A stretch of DNA of 64,000 bases from the NCBI GenBank assembly GCA_964608265.1, contig CAZSNP010000002.1, forward strand, positions 41,387-105,386, in the 5' to 3' direction. The number at the start of each line of letters is the position of its first letter. Position 1 is the stretch's first letter. This stretch comes from an uncultured Anaerolineales bacterium (lineage in GTDB: Bacteria > Chloroflexota > Anaerolineae > Anaerolineales > UBA6663). A program made the position numbers and the translations under genes. The notes below the pieces were generated by a model, which was not told the DNA's origin, did not search any database, and saw only the letters and a program-made list of their open reading frames with translations. Of the stretch, positions 15,502 to 22,747 are shown piece after piece.

Positions 15502-17367
15502 ATGCAGATACAACCAAGGATCATCCGTTTATGGGCCGTCATCGGCGCCGCCCTGCTGGGCATGGTGCTGGCCGGCTGCGTGGTCGCTGCCTTCTCGCTG
15601 CCGGCCGGGGAGGTGGGCCACAGCTCGGCTGCAGAGATGCTAAATGATGAGGAGCCCGATGTCGTCGTCTACAACAATGTGCGCTACGTCGTCTTTGCCG
15701 GTGAGGAAACTTCGGGCGGCGACTACGAGCTTTTCATTCGCGGCTTTGACCTGAACAACAATCCGGTCACACCCCTTACGCGATTGACGAACAATTCAGG
15801 CTCCGACTATTCAGCGCGGATTGCGTCCGGGGAGAACGGCTTTCTGTATGTCGCCTGGGCCTACGTCTTGGGCGGGAATCGGACGGTCTGGTGGCTCAAG
15901 GTGCGCGCCAGCGACCTGGCGATTGTGGCCGGCCCGAGTCTGCTCTCAGGGGCATTTACTTCTCTGGACAACGTGCAAATCGCCTATTCGCCCTTCTACT
16001 CCACAACGGCCGTGGTGTGGGCGTCGGGCAACCCCACCCTCACGATTTACTACAACCGGGTGGTGACCGACACCAACGTGGGCACGCCGCTGATCGTATC
16101 GCAGGGCACCGGCTGCGCGGGCGCGGCCTTCACCCAATACGAGCCGCGTATGACGCGCACTTACCCCAACGGCACGTTCACACAAATCGCCTGGATTGGT
16201 CGCAAAGATTCGAGTGGCACAGCCGATGGCGTGTACTGGCGTGAGATTGACAATGAATTCGGGACAGCCTTTACGAACTGTCTTGAGCCCTCGTTTGGCA
16301 CCGGATTTACCGGCGGCCAGGAGCACGACGTCGAGATCAGCGTTAATCGTTTTTTTGGCAAGAGTTTTGTCACCTGGTCACGGGATACCGGTGGAGGCCA
16401 GTACGACGTCATCATGCGCCCGATCAATGCCATTACGGGCAGTCTGTGCAGCGCATACCTGGTGTCGAATAGCAACCCGAATGTTGACGAGATTGATCCC
16501 AGCATCGGGGCCGGGCGTGTAATGAGCGACTGGGTTCACCTGGCCTGGGAGAGCACCGGCGCGGCGAACGCCATCAACTACGAGCTGATTGACGCCTCGG
16601 TTTGCGCCGCGACACCAGTCAGCGTCAGTGGCGTACTGACCCTCAGCACGACCCCCTTGACCTCAACGGACGATGTGGATAAACCGCAATTGAGCGTATA
16701 CCCCGATCTCAGCTCCAGCGCGCTGAATTTGAACGCCGCCACCCTGACGGCTGAGCAGCTACAGTTCTTGACGGCCACCGGACAGGTGAGGCCGGAGCAG
16801 GCCCAGGCTGCCCTGGCCGATGGGACGATCACGGCTCAGGAGGCTTACGCAATGGCCTTCGGCCCTCGGCCCAACGCGCAGGCGGCGGCTCTGCCCGCGC
16901 CGCCCACTGGAGAGGACAGCGGTGTGGCCGCGCCCCCCGAATTCATCCTGCCTGATTGCGCCGCGGAGCCGTATAACGACAAATGCCAGGCGGCGGCCCG
17001 GCGATTATCAGCCGGTGCGGGGGTTTCGCCTCAGGCGACCTGCGGCCCCAACGCCGTCGACCACGTCGCGGTCAGCTTTCTCGATGACACCAACAACCGG
17101 ATGTATGGGTGGTTGTTTGCCGCCGGCGATGTGGACATCGGCTTCGGGTGCGGCACAGGGGCGTACTTGCTCGGAGGGCGGTTCGCATACCTGGCACGCC
17201 AGGATACGACACTGGCGGATTACGCCGACAGTTATCGTGTCTTGGTGGATCCATTGGGCTTTGCGACGTTTGTGTGGGCGGGCCTGGATTCAGGCGCCCC
17301 AGCCAACGATGAGGTGTATCTTGTCACCTCCAAGATACCGGTCTTTCTCCCCGTAGTTCGGCGTTAG
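15502..17367 (+). CDS. hypothetical secreted/anchored protein, probable beta-propeller-like repeats
   Basis: GGAGG SD 6 nt before ATG 15502. N-terminal TM LWAVIGAALLGMVLAGCVVAAF. Recurrent strand-end motif [VI][AT]W (YVAWAY, AVVWAS, QIAWIG, FVTWSR, HLAWES). One 60-nt line counted gave 58% GC. Confidence 0.6.
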   Translation: MQIQPRIIRLWAVIGAALLGMVLAGCVVAAFSLPAGEVGHSSAAEMLNDEEPDVVVYNNVRYVVFAGEETSGGDYELFIRGFDLNNNPVTPLTRLTNNSGSDYSARIASGENGFLYVAWAYVLGGNRTVWWLKVRASDLAIVAGPSLLSGAFTSLDNVQIAYSPFYSTTAVVWASGNPTLTIYYNRVVTDTNVGTPLIVSQGTGCAGAAFTQYEPRMTRTYPNGTFTQIAWIGRKDSSGTADGVYWREIDNEFGTAFTNCLEPSFGTGFTGGQEHDVEISVNRFFGKSFVTWSRDTGGGQYDVIMRPINAITGSLCSAYLVSNSNPNVDEIDPSIGAGRVMSDWVHLAWESTGAANAINYELIDASVCAATPVSVSGVLTLSTTPLTSTDDVDKPQLSVYPDLSSSALNLNAATLTAEQLQFLTATGQVRPEQAQAALADGTITAQEAYAMAFGPRPNAQAAALPAPPTGEDSGVAAPPEFILPDCAAEPYNDKCQAAARRLSAGAGVSPQATCGPNAVDHVAVSFLDDTNNRMYGWLFAAGDVDIGFGCGTGAYLLGGRFAYLARQDTTLADYADSYRVLVDPLGFATFVWAGLDSGAPANDEVYLVTSKIPVFLPVVRR

Positions 17368-17396
17368 CGTCTGCACACTGCATCGCGTATCAACAT

Positions 17397-17430
17397 ACCG
17401 GGCCTCCAGCGAGAGGCCCGGTGTCTTTTA
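17397..17430 (+). terminator. rho-independent terminator
   Basis: ACCGGGCCTC-cagcga-GAGGCCCGGT followed by GTCTTTTA. Confidence 0.7.
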
Positions 17431-18510
17431 CGCCGAGGCCCCGCCGTACGCGCGCAGGCCGCGGCGCCAGACGAAGCGCGCGATGAGGAACAGCGCCACG
17501 GTCAACGCCGCCGCGCCAGCTAACGTTTGTGGGGTGAGGCGATTGGTCAGCGCTTCGGCGGGGACGGTGACGGCGAAGGCCACCGGCACGAGGAAGGTCA
17601 GCCCGGCCCGCATCCAGTCGGGATAGAGCGTGACGGGATAGCGCCCCGCCGCGAACACGCCCTCGAACAGGTTGACCATCTCATCCACGCGGATGAACCA
17701 GAACGCCACCGAGGTCAGCATCAGCCCGCCGAGCAGCAGCGCGGCTGCGAAGGCCAGCGCCTGCAACAGCCCGACCGCGCCCTGCAACTCGGGATAGACG
17801 GCCTGCATCCGGCCCACAAACGCCGCGCCGTAGTTCTGCAGCAGCGCGGCCACATCGCTGGCCGGGTCGCCGAGGCCGGCCATGCCGAAGTCGAGCACGC
17901 CGCACAGTTCAGCGTTCGCATCCACCAGCAAATGCTCCGACCACAGATCGCCGTGGATGAGGCGCGGCTCGGCCTCGATATTGCGCGGGTCGCCGAGCAT
18001 CGAGTCGAACAGGTGCGTCGCCCAATCGCGTTGCTGCAGCATCAGCAGCGGATAGAGGTGCTGCCCGGCCTCGCGCCGCAACTGCGTCTGCGCGGCGTGC
18101 GTCACCGGCGCGCGGGTGGGCGGGAGGCCGTCGGCGGGCGTGGTGTGCAGCGCGTGCAGGAAGCGGCCCAACTGCTCGGCGAGCCGCTGTTGCGCGGACT
18201 CGGACAGCGTGCGCGGCAGATCGTTGCGCAGCGCCTGGCCGGCGATGAGGCGATAGGTCATGAAATCCGGCCCGCGCCGGTCGGGCGCCGGGATGGAGAC
18301 CGGGACGCGCGGTTGAAGCCGGTCGAGGATCAGCAGCTCGTCTTGCAGGATGCGGGCGCGGCGTTCGTCTTTGGCGAAGCGGAAGACGCGCTCACCGCAG
18401 AAGACGACGTCGTTCATCAGGCCCTCGCCGTTGAAGCGCGCTGAGGTCAGATCGGCGTCGGGGGCGAGGGCCCGAATTCGGTTTTCGTACTGAGCGATGA
18501 AAGGGTGCAT
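17428..18510 (-). CDS. chimeric ORF: aminoglycoside/choline-kinase-type phosphotransferase (APH family) N-terminal ~250 aa fused in frame to the C-terminal ~110 aa of an ABC-2-type permease
   Basis: APH motifs LIHGDLWSEHLL and VLDFGMAGLGDPASDVAAL. From about aa 255 the sequence becomes TM-rich: FWFIRVDEMVNLFEGVFAAGRYPVTLYPDWMRAGLTFLVPVAFAVTVPAEAL...FVWRRGLRAYGGASA, the typical C-terminus of ABC-2 (former DUF990) permeases. Confidence 0.65.
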   Translation of the reverse strand: MHPFIAQYENRIRALAPDADLTSARFNGEGLMNDVVFCGERVFRFAKDERRARILQDELLILDRLQPRVPVSIPAPDRRGPDFMTYRLIAGQALRNDLPRTLSESAQQRLAEQLGRFLHALHTTPADGLPPTRAPVTHAAQTQLRREAGQHLYPLLMLQQRDWATHLFDSMLGDPRNIEAEPRLIHGDLWSEHLLVDANAELCGVLDFGMAGLGDPASDVAALLQNYGAAFVGRMQAVYPELQGAVGLLQALAFAAALLLGGLMLTSVAFWFIRVDEMVNLFEGVFAAGRYPVTLYPDWMRAGLTFLVPVAFAVTVPAEALTNRLTPQTLAGAAALTVALFLIARFVWRRGLRAYGGASA

Positions 18511-18864
18511 GTCAGTTTTCACTCGGCTGGCTAAACGCAAACACGACAGGCCGGTGAGCCTGCGGAGCCGATGAAAACCGGGCTACACGGTCAGGCGCGG
18601 GCCGGCGAGGACGGGAGGTTGGCAGCGGAGCAACGGATATCGGCACTATTCGCTCACCGTGTGCACGCACGGGAATCCGGTAAAGACCGGCGCGGTCTTC
18701 GAGACCGCATCGGTCTGCCCGGCCGCAGCCGGTCTCCGGCAAGGTTGTTTTACAATCCGCTCCATTCGCATGGAATGAAGCCGCGCGCGACGGGCGGCAT
18801 CTAATCCCCAGGCCACTCTGCTCGCCCCTTTACTGCGTCGTTTGCTCCTCATCCCGCTGGTACC

Positions 18865-19290
18865 GTGGCCAACCGCCTCCAACTCGATGTGCGCAGCCTC
18901 GGCCTCAACTTCCGCCCGCCCGCCAATGCCGGCGTGCTGCCCGACGGCCGCAACTGGGTGTGGTTCATCGCCTTCTTCGGCACGCCCAAGCGGGTGTGGA
19001 CGGAGATGGGCAGTTCGATTTCGACGCCGCTCGACATCCCGCTGGAAGCGGCGCGGTTGCTGGCCGTTGACCCCGACGCGGTAGCGTATATCCGCGGGCG
19101 TTCCCTCCCCCAACCCGACGGGTTCGCCAAATTACTCTGTCAGGCCTGGCGGGCCGATGGGTTGAAGGCCTGGGAGGTCACTCTCATGCACGAGTTGGAT
19201 TTGTACGGGGTGCGGCCGCCCCTCATCAGCGGCGGCGCGCTGCCACCCGAGCGCGAACGCCTTCAGCGTGCGAAGAGGCGCTCAGCGTGA
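18865..19290 (+). CDS. hypothetical protein (GTG start)
   Basis: 141-aa ORF with GC3-rich codon usage, followed by a strong terminator. No recognisable motif. Confidence 0.4.
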   Translation: MANRLQLDVRSLGLNFRPPANAGVLPDGRNWVWFIAFFGTPKRVWTEMGSSISTPLDIPLEAARLLAVDPDAVAYIRGRSLPQPDGFAKLLCQAWRADGLKAWEVTLMHELDLYGVRPPLISGGALPPERERLQRAKRRSA

Positions 19291-19306
19291 CCGTGATCCA
19301 TCCCAC

Positions 19307-19343
19307 AAAAAAAGTGGAGGCCTCAATGAAGCCTCCACTTTTT
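19307..19343. terminator. bidirectional rho-independent terminator between convergent genes
   Basis: A-tract, AGTGGAGGC-ctcaatgaa-GCCTCCACT, T-tract. Confidence 0.8.
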
Positions 19344-19360
19344 GAGTCACCCCGCGGGCG

Positions 19361-20404
19361 TCAGCTCGTCAGTTGCGGTTGATCACTCATGGCCGGCGGC
19401 GCGGCCGGGGCGGAGGGCGCTGGCGTGTTGAAGTAGGGCCGCGTGCCGAAGCGCGTGAGCACCACCGCGCCTAACCCGATGCAGGCGACGACGAGCCAGG
19501 CCAGGAAGCTGAAGAGCCCGCCCACGCCGGGGAATAGGTTGATGCCGTTCACCAACAGCGTGATGATGAAGGTGCCGAGCGCCGCCGACACCACCGGGCT
19601 GAGGAGCGGCCACTTGAGCGCCGACGCCAGCCGGTCGCCGAAGAGGATGCCGAAGGCCAGCCAGCCGAAGAACAACGCCAGCGCGTACACCAGCAAACCG
19701 ATCAGGCTGAACGGCGCCAGACAGATTGTGAGGGCGACGACGACGGCCACGATGGGCACGGCCAGCAGCGTCAGCAGCCCGACGCCGCCCGACAGCATGG
19801 GCGCCGAGCCGATGGCGGCGGTGACGCGCGTCGTCTGATCCGGCAGGAAGAGCATCGTCACCACGGCCAGCAGCCCGGCGACCAGCGCCAACCCGAACGA
19901 CGTGAACACCCCCCACACCAGCGACACCGCGTAATCGAACGGGCCGTAACGCACCGACGGCACTTCGACAAAATCGGGCGCCGGGATGGGCACCGGCAGG
20001 CCGTCGAAATTGAAGTCACCCTCGAAGCCGGTGGTCTCGCTGCCCTGCACCTCGTAGCCTTCCTCCGTGCTCACCGAGCCACCCGTGCGCACCAGGTTGC
20101 CCTCGACGACGGAGGTGGCCTGCAAATCGAGTGAGCCGCCAAAGGTGACGACATTCCCTTTGACCGTGCCGGCCAGGGTGACGTTGCCGCCCATCATGGT
20201 CAGGTCGCCGGTGACGACGGCCCCCGCCTCGATGGTCGTATTGCCGCCGAAGATGGTCAGGTCGCCGGTGACGGTCTGACCACTCTTGATAACGTTGTTG
20301 CCGCCCCAGATGGTGCGGTCGGCCAGGCCGCTGGCGAAAGCGGTCGAGGCCCCGGTTGCCCACAGCAGCCCCATTGCAAAAATCAGAACGAGTAGCTTCT
20401 TCAT
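19361..20404 (-). CDS. membrane protein: signal peptide, Gly-rich beta-helix-like repeats (bactofilin/DUF583-like), then ~6 TM helices
   Basis: MKKLLVLIFAMGLLWATGASTAFA; repeats GDLTIFGGNTTIEAGAVVTGDLTMMGGNVTLAGTVKGNVVTFGGSLDL. The start overlaps the anti-sigma stop (ATGA 20401-20404). Confidence 0.7.
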   Translation of the reverse strand: MKKLLVLIFAMGLLWATGASTAFASGLADRTIWGGNNVIKSGQTVTGDLTIFGGNTTIEAGAVVTGDLTMMGGNVTLAGTVKGNVVTFGGSLDLQATSVVEGNLVRTGGSVSTEEGYEVQGSETTGFEGDFNFDGLPVPIPAPDFVEVPSVRYGPFDYAVSLVWGVFTSFGLALVAGLLAVVTMLFLPDQTTRVTAAIGSAPMLSGGVGLLTLLAVPIVAVVVALTICLAPFSLIGLLVYALALFFGWLAFGILFGDRLASALKWPLLSPVVSAALGTFIITLLVNGINLFPGVGGLFSFLAWLVVACIGLGAVVLTRFGTRPYFNTPAPSAPAAPPAMSDQPQLTS

Positions 20405-20958
20405 GACATCAATCCTTGCAGCGCCAACCGGCGCATGAGATAGAACCAGGCCGCGACGATTACGATTGCCGCCCCGCCGCCCGCCCACGCTACCGGTGAG
20501 CCGAGGGCGTATTCACCCAGCGACCGGGCGATGGCGGTGAACGCGCCGGCCAGCGTTGCCGCCAGATTCGAGGCGGCCGTCGCGCTATTGAACATGGCTG
20601 CCGTGGTGGCCGGCTGGCCGATGACCTGCGCCAGAGTCCACACCATGCCCAGCCCGAGCGGCAGGATCAACATCGCGCCGCCCGCGACCCCGAGGCCCAA
20701 TGCGAATACGCCCCACAACGGGCGCGGTTGCGACCGGCGTTGTTTGAGGCGCGCGTTGAAGCGCCCGATGAAGCCCGGCCGGGGGGCCACGACCGGCGCA
20801 CCGCTGAAGATGGCCGCGACGCGGGCCAACGCCTCGCGCCGGGTCGCGCATTCGGCGCACTCAGCGAGATGGGCGTCCAGCTCCCGTTGTTGCGTCGCCA
20901 GCAATTCACCATCCAGCGCCAATTGCATCCACTCGAAGTAGGGCTTATGCATCGTCAT
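20401..20958 (-). CDS. anti-sigma factor (zf-HC2 type) with one TM segment
   Basis: N-terminal HLAECAECATRRE (H-x3-C-x2-C) and central TM. Its start overlaps the sigma-factor stop (ATGA 20955-20958). Confidence 0.75.
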   Translation of the reverse strand: MTMHKPYFEWMQLALDGELLATQQRELDAHLAECAECATRREALARVAAIFSGAPVVAPRPGFIGRFNARLKQRRSQPRPLWGVFALGLGVAGGAMLILPLGLGMVWTLAQVIGQPATTAAMFNSATAASNLAATLAGAFTAIARSLGEYALGSPVAWAGGGAAIVIVAAWFYLMRRLALQGLMS

Positions 20959-21560
20959 CGCTTCATTCCCTCGACGGCCAGCGCGGGGCGTACCGGAACT
21001 GAGTTCAGCTTGGGGGTGCTGGCCGTCAACATCTCGGCTACGGCGCCGCGCGCCCGGTGCAGCCGGCTCTTCACCGCACTCACGGTGGCCCCGGTCGTTT
21101 CGGCAATCTCCTCATACGACAGGTCGTACCAATAACGCATCACAATCACGCCTCGATCTTCGGGCGAGAGTTTTGAGAGGTGGCCCTGGATGACCCTGGC
21201 CTGCTCGCGGCGGCTGGCGGTCTCCTCCGGGCCGGCGGCCGGCTCGCGCAAGTTGGGGTGCGGCGGCAAGTCGTCATCGTCAATCGACAACCAGGTGACG
21301 CGGCGTTTGCGCAGCCGGTCGATGCAATGGTGGCTGGCAATGGAGAACAGCCACGTTTTGAAAGAGCGCGTGGGGTCGTAGCGGCGCAGTTGCGAATAGG
21401 CGCGCAGAAAAGCCTCCTGGGCAGCGTCTTCGGCTTCGTGCGCGTCGCCCAGCATGCGGTAGCACAGGTTGTAAACCGCGGTCTGATAGGTCTCGACCAG
21501 CGGTGTGAAGGCGGCCTCGTCACCCGCCCGGGCCCGGGCCAAATACTCTTGTTCAGTCAC
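20955..21560 (-). CDS. ECF-type RNA polymerase sigma-70 family factor
   Basis: Region 2 (YNLCYRMLGDAHEAEDAAQEAFLRAY...FKTWLFSIASHHCIDRLRK) and region 4 (RGVIVMRYWYDLSYEEIAETTGATVSAVKSRLHRAR). GTG start. Confidence 0.9.
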   Translation of the reverse strand: MTEQEYLARARAGDEAAFTPLVETYQTAVYNLCYRMLGDAHEAEDAAQEAFLRAYSQLRRYDPTRSFKTWLFSIASHHCIDRLRKRRVTWLSIDDDDLPPHPNLREPAAGPEETASRREQARVIQGHLSKLSPEDRGVIVMRYWYDLSYEEIAETTGATVSAVKSRLHRARGAVAEMLTASTPKLNSVPVRPALAVEGMKR

Positions 21561-21821
21561 GCTTGCCTCGAGGGCCAGTCCGTCTCTACTGGCAACGGGT
21601 ATTACGCATTATAAAACGGTCGGTTGCGCCACCCGCCCCCTGACCGCGCATCACATGGACTGCCGTTTGTCGTCCCGGTGCGCGGCCAGCAGGCGGAGCC
21701 TCGCCTTGAATGAGTTTGACGGCGAGGCGAGACGGGCCGGGGGTGAGGTCATAACCAACCAACGCAACCGTTGCAGTCGTGGCCGGCGAGTTGATTTGCG
21801 GTACAATCGCCGCGGGTTGGG

Positions 21822-22214
21822 ATGGAGTCAATGGAAAAGCCGTATGTATTGGTGATTGACGATAGCCGCGAGACCGCGGATAGCATCGCCGAGATGCTGC
21901 GGCTCATCGGCTACCCGGCGCGCGTCGCCTACGGGCCACGGACGGCCATGAACGCCATCACCGCCCAGTTCCCCGGCGTCATCATGCTCGATATCCACAT
22001 GCCCGGCGTCGACGGGATTGAAGTGTGCCGCTATCTGCGGCGCGACCCGCGCACCGTGCATGTGCCGGTGATTGCGATGTCGAGCGACCATCAGCCCGAG
22101 ATCGTGGCGCGGGTGATGGCCGCCGGCGCGAACCTGTTCCTGGCCAAACCGATTGCGTTCGAGAAACTGGAGGCGGTGCTGACGAGCGTGCAGAAAGGCG
22201 TGGCCAGCGCATGA
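21822..22214 (+). CDS. single-domain response regulator (receiver only)
   Basis: VLVIDDSRE...VIMLDIHMPGVDGIEV...PVIAMSS...KP pattern. Confidence 0.85.
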   Translation: MESMEKPYVLVIDDSRETADSIAEMLRLIGYPARVAYGPRTAMNAITAQFPGVIMLDIHMPGVDGIEVCRYLRRDPRTVHVPVIAMSSDHQPEIVARVMAAGANLFLAKPIAFEKLEAVLTSVQKGVASA

Positions 22215-22627
22215 GCCCGACGCTGACGGCGGTCGTCATCGACGACAACCGCATGATTGCGAACAGCGTCGTCAAAATGCTGCAAATGCTGGGCTACGAA
22301 GCCCAGGTGGCGTACGGCGCGCTGCCGGCCATGCAATTGCTGGCGCAGGCCACACCCGATCTGGTGCTGGTGGATATCCACATGCAGGGCATTAACGGCG
22401 TGGAGGTCGTGCGCTACATCCGCCGCAACCAGCACACCGCCCGCGTCCCCATCGTCGCCATCTCCTCCGATACCCAGGGCGAGCTGGTGCATTCGATGAA
22501 GACCGCCGGGGCCAACGCCTTCTGCCCCAAGCCGATTGCGTTCGAGGCGCTCGAACAGGCCATCTCCGACGCCCGGCAAAACGTCACCCTCACCAAACCC
22601 CTCACCGGGCCGCTGCCGCCGGTGTGA
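22211..22627 (+). CDS. single-domain response regulator (receiver only), translationally coupled to the previous one
   Basis: ATGA overlap at 22211-22214. AVVIDDN...LVLVDIHMQGINGVEV...PIVAISS...KP. Confidence 0.85.
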   Translation: MSPTLTAVVIDDNRMIANSVVKMLQMLGYEAQVAYGALPAMQLLAQATPDLVLVDIHMQGINGVEVVRYIRRNQHTARVPIVAISSDTQGELVHSMKTAGANAFCPKPIAFEALEQAISDARQNVTLTKPLTGPLPPV

Positions 22628-22678
22628 GTGCAAAGCGTTGCGCGCTTTGCCCCCAACCCATTCCCCACCCAAGACCAA

Positions 22679-22707
22679 TTGCCTCAGCAATTTGCTCGTG
22701 CTACACT
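22679..22707 (+). promoter_or_regulatory. putative sigma70-type promoter for the MBL-STAS-pseudokinase gene
   Basis: TTGCCT - 17 nt - TACACT, 40 nt upstream of GTG 22748. Confidence 0.3.
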
Positions 22708-22747
22708 GCGCGACACATGACCGCACAATTCGGAGCAACGGGCTGCC

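Noticed and set aside
18541-18860. Cobalamin riboswitch, SRP RNA or RNase P RNA assignment for the structured spacer
   Set aside because: GGGAATCCGGTAAAGACCGG and GCCACTC resemble parts of the B12 core, but the CCCGC-ACTGT segment, GGGAAGGC and a correctly placed B12 box are missing. GGTCAGG resembles SRP helix 8, but there is no GGAA/AGCA partner. There is no GAGGAAAGTCC for RNase P. It is therefore kept only as an unassigned candidate.
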